NCBI GenBank assembly: GCA_038998335.1
Contig: JAVZHQ010000001.1
Location: 672,609 to 736,608 of the forward strand
Direction of reading: 5' to 3'
DNA: 64,000 nt
Source: Candidatus Aenigmatarchaeota archaeon
Lineage (GTDB): Archaea; Aenigmatarchaeota; Aenigmatarchaeia; CG10238-14; SCSR01
Each line of letters starts with the position of its first letter. Positions within the stretch are counted from its first letter, which is position 1. The notes beneath the pieces are model-generated. The model was not told the origin of the DNA. It made no database searches and saw only the letters and a list, made by a program, of their open reading frames with translations. Both the position numbers and the translations under genes were made by a program. This document shows, piece after piece, positions 46,337 through 56,207 of the stretch.

Positions 46337-47406
46337 AAGTTTTACTTACTCATGAGCTTTTTTTACCAGACCATCCAATTGGCGGAGAATTAGCTGTTTA
46401 TGAGATTGCAAGAAGGTTAAAAGAAAGAGGAATAGAAATAACTGTATTAACAACAGGAAATCCAAAGATAAAAGAATACAAGGGAATACCAACGATTCGC
46501 ATTCCTGTTCATAGGTATATGATGAATCTTGCTTTACCTTTTATATTGAAGTATGCAAAAAAAGTTGATTTAATTCAAACGAACAATTATAATGCTTGTT
46601 TTCCGTCTTGGGTTGCTGCAAAAATTCTTAAAAAACCTGTGGTTTGTATAGTTCATGGGATGTATGGTAATGGTTGGATCGAGATGAGAGGCCATATTCT
46701 AGGAAGGATTTCAAAAATAGTAGAAAAAATTCAGATAATTCCTAGCTATGATAAAGTAATTTTTTTGAGCGAGTATGCAAGAAGAGAAGGAATAAAACAA
46801 GGAGTTAAACCGGAAAGAACAGAAGTTTTATTGCCAGGATTACTTAAAAAAGTAAGTTATAAAAAAACAAAAAAAGAGCCTTTTGTCTTGTTTGTTGGAA
46901 GAATAGCAAAACAAAAAGGAATAGATTATTTGATTGAAGCGGCAAGGAAATTGCCAGAAATAAAGTTTGTTGTTGTTGGTAAAGGAGAAGAGGAAAGAAG
47001 AATTAAAAGCATTAGCCCTGAAAACGTTGAGTTTTTAGGTTTTGTTAGCGATGAAAAACTTGCTGAACTTTACTCTAAAGCTTTAGTTTTTTGCTTGCCT
47101 TCTGTTGGAGAAGGATTTGGTTTTGTTTTGTTGGAAGCTATGGCTTCAGGCTGTGCAATAGTCTCTACTGTCCCTTTGGATTTTTATGGTATGCATGTAA
47201 AGTTTGGTAATGTAGAAGAGTTGGCTAACTCGATTAAGTGCTTGATTGAGAATAAGGAAAAAGCAAGAAAAATGGGAAAGAAGAATAAAGAAAAAGTTAG
47301 AGTATATGATTGGGATGTTTTTATAAATAGGTTGATTGAAATTTACAAAGAAGTTTTACAAAAGAAGTTAAGTATTAACTCAAAAATTTCTTTTTTGCGG
47401 CTATAA
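46333..47406 (+). CDS. GT4-family glycosyltransferase
   Basis: EGFGFVLLEAMASGCAIVST (E-x7-E region). Confidence 0.8.
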   Translation: MKVLLTHELFLPDHPIGGELAVYEIARRLKERGIEITVLTTGNPKIKEYKGIPTIRIPVHRYMMNLALPFILKYAKKVDLIQTNNYNACFPSWVAAKILKKPVVCIVHGMYGNGWIEMRGHILGRISKIVEKIQIIPSYDKVIFLSEYARREGIKQGVKPERTEVLLPGLLKKVSYKKTKKEPFVLFVGRIAKQKGIDYLIEAARKLPEIKFVVVGKGEEERRIKSISPENVEFLGFVSDEKLAELYSKALVFCLPSVGEGFGFVLLEAMASGCAIVSTVPLDFYGMHVKFGNVEELANSIKCLIENKEKARKMGKKNKEKVRVYDWDVFINRLIEIYKEVLQKKLSINSKISFLRL

Positions 47407-47584
47407 CATCTTCTCCTAGAATTGTTTTTCTTCCTGCATGCCTTGCTAATAAAGCTGCCTCTTTCGCTACCTCATAGACCTTTTCTTCCATAATTCTTGC
47501 AAATTCTTCCATGGCTCCTTTCGAAACCCTTTTTGCTCCTGCTTTTTTCAAAATTCTTTCAAACGGAGCTGCTGAAAAAGTCAT
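47375..47584 (-). CDS. Archaeal histone (HMf-type histone fold)
   Basis: 69 aa; ..AGAKRVSKGAMEEFARIMEE...EAALLARHAGRKTILGEDVIAAKKKF matches HMfB (AGAERVS...KLARHAGRKTIKAEDI); 32-nt convergent overlap with GT4 3' end. Confidence 0.9.
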   Translation of the reverse strand: MTFSAAPFERILKKAGAKRVSKGAMEEFARIMEEKVYEVAKEAALLARHAGRKTILGEDVIAAKKKFLS

Positions 47585-47594
47585 ATTCTCACTA

Positions 47595-49736
47595 TTAAAA
47601 TATTACTTTATAGATTTTTAATTCTGCGTTTCCATAAACATACTCAAAATGCTTTAAGCCTTGGCCATTCCAGAAGAACATTCTTGTGAATAAACAATCT
47701 CTAACTTTTGGAGGCATAAAAATAACATAGCTATAACTTGAATCAACCCAAAGCAAACCATTAATTAATTGAGCGTTAGTCTGATTTGCATAACTAACAT
47801 ACTTATAGCCTTGATAAGTAGGATAATAAATTTCTTCGATTAAGTATCTGTTATTTAATATTGGATAAAGAGTGCAATTTTCTCCTGCTAAACATTGACT
47901 AAAAGATTTTCCTGGAGAAGGAGTTAAAGCAACACCAATGTCTCTACTGAAATAGTAGAGTGGGTTTCCGGAAGGATCAAAATCAGAGAAAGTAGTTTGC
48001 CAGAAGCACCAGACATAAGTGTTAGCAGGCTCAACATAGCAAGCTCCGGGTGAGCCTGGAGGAGCTCTAAAGCCGCCAAAGAAATTCATCCAAACATATT
48101 TCCCAATCAAATCAGCGCTTGCTATTATGTACATATCGCTAACAGGGTTGCAAGCATCTTTCGGAACTTTATCGCCAAAAGCTTTTTTTACCTTTTCACA
48201 ATCTTCAAAACTTAATTCCTTGTATTTTTTAAGAATGTCAATTGCTTCTTCTTCACTTGAAGTTGAAAAAATTCTTCCCATGTCTTGAATTCTTATGTTA
48301 TGGTTATAAGGGATACACATTCCTGGAGTACAATGTGCTCCATCTGCATGAACTTTTAAAGGCTTACCTTTATCGTAAGAATAACCTGCAATTATATGAC
48401 CAGGATCCCACCAGGTCACTATCAAAGAATCTTTGTCTGCGTTTTTAACTAACCAGTCTAAAGCGTTAATCCAATTTTGGCTTATTTCCATCCCTCTCGA
48501 AGCGTTACCTACTTGAATTGCGGTAGAAACAAAAATTAAAGAAAGAATTGCTATTGCTCCAAAGATTGTTGCTCCAATAAAATCTCTTTTCAAATATTTT
48601 ACTAAATTTCCTACAACATAGCCTGCTGTCGCAGCTGCTGCAACTGAAAAAGAAAGCGCAAACCTTATTCCGCTTAAAATCATGTAAAAAGTTGCGAAGT
48701 ACCATAAAATTAGAAAAATTTCTGTAAGTTCAAGCTTGGATTTTCTGTAAAGTTTAAGGATCAGTAAAGGAATAATTAACAAAGAAATAAGAAATGGAGC
48801 GTAGCCTATTCTTCCTACGATTTCTAAAAATCCTGAAGGTGAGAAAACGTTTATTCTTTGAAGTTCTGCTACCGAAATGTTAACTAGCAAACCTCTGCTA
48901 GGGTCCATAAAACCAAGCATCACAAAAAACGCAGAGAGTATGTTACCCCAACCCAAAAGAAATGCTACGATGTTTGTTGGAATTAAGATTATGAAATAAG
49001 GAATTAAAAGACCTTTAATTTCTTGAATCGGCTTTCCTATCTCGATTATCAATTTTCTTTGATGTATCATTTCCTCTATGATTCTGAAAAAGAAAAGAAA
49101 CACTAAGCAAGCAGTAAGAAGAATTAAAATAAACCAACCTCCACCCCAGTTCCAAACAAAAAGTAGGTTAGAAACTATTGCGAAAATGTAAAAAGGGATT
49201 GATTTTTTCTTCAGGGCAAGGAAAATTGACAGAACGCAAAGAAAAGTGTAAAAAACTACTACAGGATCGTTATCACAATAACCTGCCATACTTACGCCAA
49301 TAAAAGTTGGAGTTAGAACAGCAAACAAAGCAGTAGCCAAGCCTCCCCATTTATTTGACAAAGATTTACCTAAAAGAAAAGCTACGATTGCTCCTAAAAC
49401 AACCATTATCAAAGGGGAAATTTTAGCTATGTAAATAAAGGAAATGCTACCAAATAAAAATTGTGCAATTTTGTAAAATAAGATCATTGTGTACATAAAA
49501 CCTAATTGGAAGTCAAAAGGTCTTCCTGGAGGATAATAACTCTGAATATCCCATTTTAAAGGGAAAAAATTATTTTCCATTATTAATAGGGAATATCTAT
49601 AGTACCACCAAGGATCGTAATCTAAAATTGTCTGAGCATCTAAGGTAGAAAGTCTGACATAAACTGAAAGATAAATGATTAAAAATAACACAAAAAAAAC
49701 TATCAAATTTTTTATTACAGAATCTCCGATTAACAT
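47595..49736 (-). CDS. aglB: Archaeal oligosaccharyltransferase AglB (STT3 family)
   Basis: 713 aa, ~13 N-terminal TM helices, WWDxG-type motif (TWWDPGHIIAGY), C-terminal soluble domain. Confidence 0.8.
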   Translation of the reverse strand: MLIGDSVIKNLIVFFVLFLIIYLSVYVRLSTLDAQTILDYDPWWYYRYSLLIMENNFFPLKWDIQSYYPPGRPFDFQLGFMYTMILFYKIAQFLFGSISFIYIAKISPLIMVVLGAIVAFLLGKSLSNKWGGLATALFAVLTPTFIGVSMAGYCDNDPVVVFYTFLCVLSIFLALKKKSIPFYIFAIVSNLLFVWNWGGGWFILILLTACLVFLFFFRIIEEMIHQRKLIIEIGKPIQEIKGLLIPYFIILIPTNIVAFLLGWGNILSAFFVMLGFMDPSRGLLVNISVAELQRINVFSPSGFLEIVGRIGYAPFLISLLIIPLLILKLYRKSKLELTEIFLILWYFATFYMILSGIRFALSFSVAAAATAGYVVGNLVKYLKRDFIGATIFGAIAILSLIFVSTAIQVGNASRGMEISQNWINALDWLVKNADKDSLIVTWWDPGHIIAGYSYDKGKPLKVHADGAHCTPGMCIPYNHNIRIQDMGRIFSTSSEEEAIDILKKYKELSFEDCEKVKKAFGDKVPKDACNPVSDMYIIASADLIGKYVWMNFFGGFRAPPGSPGACYVEPANTYVWCFWQTTFSDFDPSGNPLYYFSRDIGVALTPSPGKSFSQCLAGENCTLYPILNNRYLIEEIYYPTYQGYKYVSYANQTNAQLINGLLWVDSSYSYVIFMPPKVRDCLFTRMFFWNGQGLKHFEYVYGNAELKIYKVIF

Positions 49737-49754
49737 AAATTATTATTCCTTCGT

Positions 49755-50471
49755 TTAAATATTAAAATCCTTTATTTTTCTAATTCGCATCGTTAGAAAT
49801 GCAGTATAGCATGGAAATAACTCAGAAAAAATTTTATTAAGAGTTGGTGGTAAAAAGAGAAAACCGTAACCTTTCAACTTTTCAAGCTTAAAACCATAAA
49901 CTTGAGCCAAATCTTTAAGTGAAGAAATAGTGAAAGCTTTCATATGGCTTGGCCAACTTAGTTTTGTGCCCCTCAAAAAATTTCCAAGCTGTACGTCAGT
50001 TAAATGAAGAGTAGTTGGTTGTTGTCCTAGCAATATGAAAAAAATGTTATGAATTGAAGATAAATTTGGAACCGAAATAACAGCGTAACCATCTTTCTTT
50101 AACACCCTATTTACCTCCTTAAAAAAGTTTGGAGTATTCCAAAGATGTTCTAAAACCTGGTTTGCTGAAACTACATCAAAAAAATTGGAAGGATAAGGAA
50201 ATTTATGATTTAAATCGCTGATTTTAACTTTTATACCTTTTTTTCTCGCAACATTAGCGCTCTTTTTATCCAATTCAATACCATAAAGATTGGTTGAATT
50301 TAAAGTTTGTCCTATTTTAAGAGTTAAACTACCATTACTACAACCTAAATCTAAAATTTTTGGATCTTTCTTTTCTTTAATAAAAAATGATAAGAAAAAT
50401 TCTTGATTTTGTTTATAGAGGAAGTCCGAAACAACAAAAAATTTGCATTTTTCCCAATCTTTCTTTAGCAT
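49755..50471 (-). CDS. Class I SAM-dependent methyltransferase
   Basis: ILDLGCSNGSL motif I, VISVPNL region. Confidence 0.65.
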   Translation of the reverse strand: MLKKDWEKCKFFVVSDFLYKQNQEFFLSFFIKEKKDPKILDLGCSNGSLTLKIGQTLNSTNLYGIELDKKSANVARKKGIKVKISDLNHKFPYPSNFFDVVSANQVLEHLWNTPNFFKEVNRVLKKDGYAVISVPNLSSIHNIFFILLGQQPTTLHLTDVQLGNFLRGTKLSWPSHMKAFTISSLKDLAQVYGFKLEKLKGYGFLFLPPTLNKIFSELFPCYTAFLTMRIRKIKDFNI

Positions 50472-51394
50472 TTTAATCCTTTATAAAAATTTACAGTTCT
50501 TTCTATAGCTTCCTTTATGCTTACTTTTTGTTCCCATCCAAGCCTCTTAATTTTATTAACATCGAGAAGCATTAAATGAACATCACCTTTCCAACCAGCT
50601 TTTCCACCAGTAAATTTAAATTTTGGTTTTAAATTCATTTTTTCACAAACTATTTCAGCTATTTCCTTAACAGTTATCCAATCTTCAGAACCTATGTTAA
50701 AAATTTCTAGCTTTTTGGAAGATTTTCTTGCTCCGATTAGCATAGCATCTATACAATCACTTATATAAATGTAAGATTTTTTTTGTTTACCATTTCCTAG
50801 AATTTCTAATTCGTTTGGATTTTTCTTTAATTTGTTAAAAAAATCAAAAATTACTCCGTGAGAAGACCTTGGACCAATAACGTTTGCTAACCTAAAAATT
50901 ACAGATTTAAAACCAAAAGTATTACAATAAGCAGAAATTAAAGCTTCGCAAGCTAATTTTGTTGCTCCATATAAGGAAATCGGTTCAAGAGGAGAATTTT
51001 CTGGGGTTGGTATTTTTTTAGCTAACCCGTAAACTGTTGAAGAAGAAGTAAAATAAATTTTTTTCACGTCATTTTTTCTCATAGCTTCTAAAACATTATA
51101 AGTTGCTAAAAAATTTTGTTCTATATCTATTTTTGTATTTTTTAAAGCAGCTCTCACATCAGGATTGGCAGCCAAATGCCAAACTTCTTCTACATTTTTA
51201 AAATAACTATCAATGCTATCCTTAACTATATCCACTTTAAAAAATTTGAATTTTGAATTGGTTAAGTTGTGTTGAATGTTTTCTTTTTTACCTGTACTTA
51301 GATTATCTAAGACTATTATTTCGTTATTCTTTAAAAGAACATCAACTAAATGTGAACCAATAAAGCCTGCCCCGCCTGTAATTAAAATTTTCAT
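50465..51394 (-). CDS. NAD-dependent sugar epimerase/dehydratase (UDP-glucose 4-epimerase-like, SDR)
   Basis: MKILITGGAGFIGSHL, YxxxK (YGATKLACE); longest ORF extends to TTG 51499 but canonical N-terminus starts at ATG 51394. Confidence 0.8.
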   Translation of the reverse strand: MKILITGGAGFIGSHLVDVLLKNNEIIVLDNLSTGKKENIQHNLTNSKFKFFKVDIVKDSIDSYFKNVEEVWHLAANPDVRAALKNTKIDIEQNFLATYNVLEAMRKNDVKKIYFTSSSTVYGLAKKIPTPENSPLEPISLYGATKLACEALISAYCNTFGFKSVIFRLANVIGPRSSHGVIFDFFNKLKKNPNELEILGNGKQKKSYIYISDCIDAMLIGARKSSKKLEIFNIGSEDWITVKEIAEIVCEKMNLKPKFKFTGGKAGWKGDVHLMLLDVNKIKRLGWEQKVSIKEAIERTVNFYKGLKC

Positions 51395-51499
51395 AATAAA
51401 ATAAAGTTTAAGAACATATTTAAAAGGAGATGAATAAATCTTAAAAAATAAGTTTACTGGTTTTAAATTTTTCTTAACACAATAACTAACTCTTGACAA

Positions 51500-51640
51500 G
51501 GAAAGAATATCGGAATTTCCTCGTAAATAAACGGAAGTTTATTAGCAAACCATTCTAAGAATTTTCCGTATGTTGAAGCTAATACTTTACCCCTTAGGTT
51601 TATTTCCTTTAACTTGATTTTTCATTTCTGTTTTAGTTTC
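51500..51640 (-). pseudogene. Fragment of a methyltransferase paralog 3' end (duplicate of 51726..52379 C-terminus)
   Basis: 83-nt perfect repeat (51524..51606 = 51787..51869); flanking bases still translate to homologous residues (KEINLRGKVLASTYGKFLEWFANKLPFIYEEIPIFFPCQELVIVL vs ...IYEQVPVFFPIPDLVVIM). Confidence 0.5.
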
Positions 51641-51725
51641 TCTAAATTTTTAGTTATACCGCTTGTTAAAAATAATAAGAAAGCTAAAGTAGACAGAAGA
51701 AGAAAACTATTTTTGGTAGATGTAA

Positions 51726-52379
51726 TTAAATTTTTTTCATTATTACTACCAAATCAGGAATTGGGAAAAATACAGGAACTTGTTCATAAATAAACGGAAG
51801 TTTATTAGCAAACCATTCTAAGAATTTTCCGTATGTTGAAGCTAATACTTTACCCCTTAGGTTTATTTCTTTTCTTTGCCAATCATGATATTCAAATTTT
51901 CTCTTTAAAATTTTAAAATGAAAACCAAAGTCGATAAAAAATTTATTGTTTTTTTCAAAGTATTCGAAAGTCTCGTAAGAAATAAAATGTTTATGTGTGG
52001 GATCTCTAAATGAACCTTTATGCTTAAAATGAGGTAATCTTGCAAACAAAAGTCCTTGGGGTTTTAAAACTCTATGAATTTCTTTCATTACCGATACTAA
52101 ATCACTAGCGTGCTCTAGAAAATGAGAAGCAAAAACAATGTCATACTCGTTAGATTTAGCAAATTCCCAAGGGATTTTATCCAAATCGTAGTTTATATCT
52201 GCGGGTGAATACTTATCTACCGATATTATTCTTATTTTGTTTTTAAACTCGATAAAATCTTTAAGATAGGTATACAAATATTCATTTGTTACTTTGAACT
52301 TACCACTACCTATGTCCAACACTTTCATATATTTTTTCATGTTGTCTTGCAAAATTTTCCCATGTAAATTTTTTTGCAT
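51726..52379 (-). CDS. SAM-dependent methyltransferase (type 11-like)
   Basis: VLDIGSGKF, DIVFASHFLEH, LKPQGLLF motifs. Confidence 0.6.
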   Translation of the reverse strand: MQKNLHGKILQDNMKKYMKVLDIGSGKFKVTNEYLYTYLKDFIEFKNKIRIISVDKYSPADINYDLDKIPWEFAKSNEYDIVFASHFLEHASDLVSVMKEIHRVLKPQGLLFARLPHFKHKGSFRDPTHKHFISYETFEYFEKNNKFFIDFGFHFKILKRKFEYHDWQRKEINLRGKVLASTYGKFLEWFANKLPFIYEQVPVFFPIPDLVVIMKKI

Positions 52380-53316
52380 ATTTCATACCTTCTTTAGCTA
52401 TATATTTATATTTTTTCTTGTCTTCTGTAAGTTCTAAAATTTTCTTTACCATATCCGTTGGGTCCTTACAGGCAATAGCTTTTTTCCTCGTTTCTTTAGG
52501 TATTTTTGCGTCTCTAAGAATTAAAGTTGGAATACCGCAAGCCTGTGCCTCAATAATTGGAAGACCAAATCCTTCGTACAAGGAAGGAAAAATAAAAAAA
52601 TCAAATGAATTGTATAAATCGACGAGTTTTTCTTCCTCTATATTACCAAGAATTACTATATCTTTCAGGTTTTTTGGTATTTGCTTATCTATATATGTTT
52701 GAAAAAACGCAGGAGAAGTACCACCTGCTAAAATTAATTTACAGTCTATTTTCTTTTTAAGTATCTTAAATACTTCTATTGCCTTATCAACACCCTTTCT
52801 GATCGAAAAATTAGAAAAGAAACCTAAAGTAACTTTCTCTTTTTCTATGCGTTTTGGTTTGAATTTTTTATCTACACCAGGAGGAATTATAATAGATTTA
52901 CGATTGAAATATTTTTTGACTTCTTCAGCAGTTTGTGAAGAATTTGCAATTATAATCTTACATTTTGAGGCCAATCTCCACATCGCTTTTGTATAAAACT
53001 CTGAAATAGAAGAGAACTTATACCTAAATTTTTTGCCAAACTCAAAAGGAATAAAATCATGAAAGGTAACTATGGTTTTTTTCCAAGGGATAAATGGTAG
53101 AAAAGAAGCACTTTCTGGAACAAGGGAATGGACTATATCTGAAGTGCTCAGTAACTCTTTTAAAGGAACTTTAATTAAATTATCCCAAATTAAAGGTAAA
53201 TCTCCATAAACCTCAAAGATTTCTTCATACTTTACTCTTTTAATAAGCTCTGAGGAAATTCGAGCTATTCCTTTAAATTTTGGGACATCTAAACTAGGAA
53301 CGATAAGAAGAACCAC
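52306..53316 (-). CDS. GT4-family glycosyltransferase
   Basis: EGFGLPIIEAQACGIPT. Confidence 0.75.
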   Translation of the reverse strand: MVLLIVPSLDVPKFKGIARISSELIKRVKYEEIFEVYGDLPLIWDNLIKVPLKELLSTSDIVHSLVPESASFLPFIPWKKTIVTFHDFIPFEFGKKFRYKFSSISEFYTKAMWRLASKCKIIIANSSQTAEEVKKYFNRKSIIIPPGVDKKFKPKRIEKEKVTLGFFSNFSIRKGVDKAIEVFKILKKKIDCKLILAGGTSPAFFQTYIDKQIPKNLKDIVILGNIEEEKLVDLYNSFDFFIFPSLYEGFGLPIIEAQACGIPTLILRDAKIPKETRKKAIACKDPTDMVKKILELTEDKKKYKYIAKEGMKYAKKFTWENFARQHEKIYESVGHR

Positions 53317-53460
53317 TATATCACCTTAATAAATATTTTATTCCAAACAAAACTCCAAGAGTTTGACCTATTACTCTTAAAAAATAGAAAAAAATACCTT
53401 TTGACTTTAAAGCTTCTTGTTCAGGCCATCTGCTTTCTCTGCTTATCTTGAATTTAAAGG

Positions 53461-55206
53461 GTGGGTTTAAAAATAAAACTTTCATTTTCTCTACCTAAAC
53501 TTTATAATAATAAAGGAGTAGAATTTAAAAAGATAAACTTGAAGGAAATAGAACTAACAATAGAGACAAAACATTTAAGAATTATTTCTTTGTTTGGAAT
53601 TTTGATAGCTTTGTTAGTAGCTGAAATAGTTTGGCCTTGGAATACGCCAATAAACTTTGGTGACGAAGGCTACCATACAATACTTATTCAATGGCTCTCT
53701 AACAAAAAAGAATTTCCAGTTTGGACTCCTTTCTTTTCTACAGAAACAACAAAAAGTGGGATAACAGGAGCTTATCTTTACCATCTAGCAACTGCTGGTT
53801 TTATGCTTTTTGGTTTTCAAGAAGGTTTTGTTAGGTTTATAGTTCCTTTTTGTGCCATTCTTTCAGGCTTAGCTGTTTTTGTCCTTGCAAAAAGGATTTT
53901 TAACGAAAACGTTGGCTGGTTTGCTGCAATTATTTTAGTAACATTTCCTTCTTTCGTAACCTATTCAGTTTTTCTTTATAGAGATGCCTTCTTTACTTTT
54001 TACCTAACAGTTTTCTTCCTAACTTTCATTCTGGCCATAAAAGAAAATAGCAAAAAGTATTGGCTCTTATCTGGAGTCTTTGGAGCATTTACCATATTCT
54101 CAAAAACTGCAGGTTTCGGGATTTTATTCTTCGTTGCTTTTGTTTTTCTTTATGAGATTTTTACAGAAAAGAAATTTTTCCAAACTTTTAAAAAGTACCT
54201 GATTTGGTTTGGTGTCGTGATTTTAATTCTAGCTTTGCCATACTTAAGAAACATTTATTATTTTAAAAGTCTTTGCTACTATCCTTATTACCCAAGCTTT
54301 TTCGACAAGTTTCCTTTACTTAACAATAAAGGTTGTAACATAGATTTATATGAGGAAAAGCATCAGTTTGCAGGAAGGGTTGAGCAGGTAGGAACAGAAG
54401 CAAATGTTTTTGCTATTGGCTTAACTTCTTATCTTGAATTTGCATACGGAAATCTTTTTATCTTATTTTTCCCTTTCTTGGCAGGGGTTTTTCTCCTTTA
54501 CTTTTGGAGAAAAAAAACTGACATTCTAGTTTTGTTGATTTTGCTAAGCTTAATTCCAATATTTTTCATTTCAGTAGGAAGGGCTGAAGACACAGCAAGG
54601 TATACTTTAGGATGGGCTCCAATAATAGCTTTAGTTTCTGGCCTTTGGTTCGATGAAGCAAACAAATTCTTGAATAAATATTACAAGTATCTTGGAGTTA
54701 TTGTTTTTGTTTTAGTCTTGATTTATTCGATTTGGGGTTTAAGATTTTTAGGAATAAGTGGTTATGGTTTTCTTGACAGAGTTAATGTTTTACTTCAGGT
54801 CAGACAATTTTCTTCTTTATTCTTTGATGCTTGTAAATGGGTAAAAGAAAATTTGCCAGAAAACGTTAGACTTATGACAATTTGGTGTTATAGGGCTGTG
54901 TATAATTGTCAAAGAAACGCCGCGGGTAATCTTGCAGATATTGCCCTAAGCAAAGATTTAAACACTACTTTAGAAGCAGCAAAAGCTAATGGTATAACTC
55001 ATATTTTCATTCAAAAGTTTAGCATCGATCCAGCAAACAAACATTACTTGGAGCATTATGACTTAGAGTTTGTTCAGTTTTTAGAAGCTAACCCAGAACA
55101 TTTTGTTAAAGTTTATGAGAATGGTCCTTCCTTACAAGAATGCCAACTCTACTGGCAAAGGGGCTATCAGTGTGATGGAAATATAATTTATGAAATTAAG
55201 TATTAG
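53461..55206 (+). CDS. Polytopic membrane protein, probable GT-C fold glycosyltransferase (ArnT/PMT-like)
   Basis: ~12 TM helices, 581 aa, first extracytoplasmic loop with DEGYH; start uncertain (GTG at 53461, no early ATG). Confidence 0.45.
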   Translation: MGLKIKLSFSLPKLYNNKGVEFKKINLKEIELTIETKHLRIISLFGILIALLVAEIVWPWNTPINFGDEGYHTILIQWLSNKKEFPVWTPFFSTETTKSGITGAYLYHLATAGFMLFGFQEGFVRFIVPFCAILSGLAVFVLAKRIFNENVGWFAAIILVTFPSFVTYSVFLYRDAFFTFYLTVFFLTFILAIKENSKKYWLLSGVFGAFTIFSKTAGFGILFFVAFVFLYEIFTEKKFFQTFKKYLIWFGVVILILALPYLRNIYYFKSLCYYPYYPSFFDKFPLLNNKGCNIDLYEEKHQFAGRVEQVGTEANVFAIGLTSYLEFAYGNLFILFFPFLAGVFLLYFWRKKTDILVLLILLSLIPIFFISVGRAEDTARYTLGWAPIIALVSGLWFDEANKFLNKYYKYLGVIVFVLVLIYSIWGLRFLGISGYGFLDRVNVLLQVRQFSSLFFDACKWVKENLPENVRLMTIWCYRAVYNCQRNAAGNLADIALSKDLNTTLEAAKANGITHIFIQKFSIDPANKHYLEHYDLEFVQFLEANPEHFVKVYENGPSLQECQLYWQRGYQCDGNIIYEIKY

Positions 55207-55214
55207 TGGGGGTT

Positions 55215-56207
55215 ATGAGCGATTCAATCCTTATCAATTTATTTTTGTTGATAATTTCTACTTCTTTTTTTGCAACGTTTTTCCTTACAAAATTGTGGAT
55301 AAGAATTGCTAAAAAATCAAGGCTTGCAGGAAAAGATTTAAACAAGTATAACAAACCTGAAATTCCTGAAGCTGGGGGAATAGCTTTTGTTATTGGAACA
55401 ACATTTGCAATTCTTCTTTACATTTTCATAAAAACTTTTTACTTGTTATCAACATCAAACTTGGTTGAAATTTTAGCTGTTCTTTTAACTTTGCTTTTAG
55501 CTGGATTTCTCGGGTTTATTGATGACATTTTGGGTTGGAAGAAAGGTTTAGCCCAATGGCAAAAACCTTTGCTTACCATTCCAATAGCTATTCCTTTGAT
55601 GGTAATTAACGCTGGAAATTCAGTTATGAGCATTCCTTTTTTTGGACGGGTAGATTTTGGAATTTTATATCCTCTTTTAATAGTTCCTGTAGGAATTGTA
55701 GGTGCTGCTAACGGCTTTAACATGCTCGCAGGCCTTAATGGATTAGAAGCTTCTATTGGTTTAATAATTCTTAGCACCTTAGGAGTTTTTACTTGGCTTT
55801 TAAATTCTTTATGGGTTGCTACAATTGCTTTTTCGGCAGTTTTTAGCTTAATCGCTTTCTTGATTTTTAACAAGTATCCTGCGAAAGTATTCCCTGGTAA
55901 CACTCTTACTTATGCTACAGGAGCTTTAATCGCTTGCATAGCAATCTTGGGAAACATGGAAAAAATAGCTGTTTTTCTCTTTATTCCTTACTTTCTTGAG
56001 TTTTTGATAAAAGCAAAGAATAAGTTTAAAACTGAATGTTTTGGTATACCACAAAAAAACGGAAGCTTAAAAGCTCCTGAAAGAATAGGCTCTTTAACTC
56101 ATGTTTTTCTAAAATTTGTTAGAAGCGAAAAAGGAGTTGTTTTTTCTATTGTAACAATAGAATTACTACTTGTTTTTCTAGCCTTTATTTTCTTCAAGCC
56201 GTTTTGA
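55215..56207 (+). CDS. Polyprenyl-phosphate sugar-1-phosphate transferase (MraY/WecA/AglH family)
   Basis: GFIDDILG and NGFNMLAGLNGLEA motifs; ~10 TM; longest ORF begins GTG 55206, ATG 55215. Confidence 0.75.
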   Translation: MSDSILINLFLLIISTSFFATFFLTKLWIRIAKKSRLAGKDLNKYNKPEIPEAGGIAFVIGTTFAILLYIFIKTFYLLSTSNLVEILAVLLTLLLAGFLGFIDDILGWKKGLAQWQKPLLTIPIAIPLMVINAGNSVMSIPFFGRVDFGILYPLLIVPVGIVGAANGFNMLAGLNGLEASIGLIILSTLGVFTWLLNSLWVATIAFSAVFSLIAFLIFNKYPAKVFPGNTLTYATGALIACIAILGNMEKIAVFLFIPYFLEFLIKAKNKFKTECFGIPQKNGSLKAPERIGSLTHVFLKFVRSEKGVVFSIVTIELLLVFLAFIFFKPF

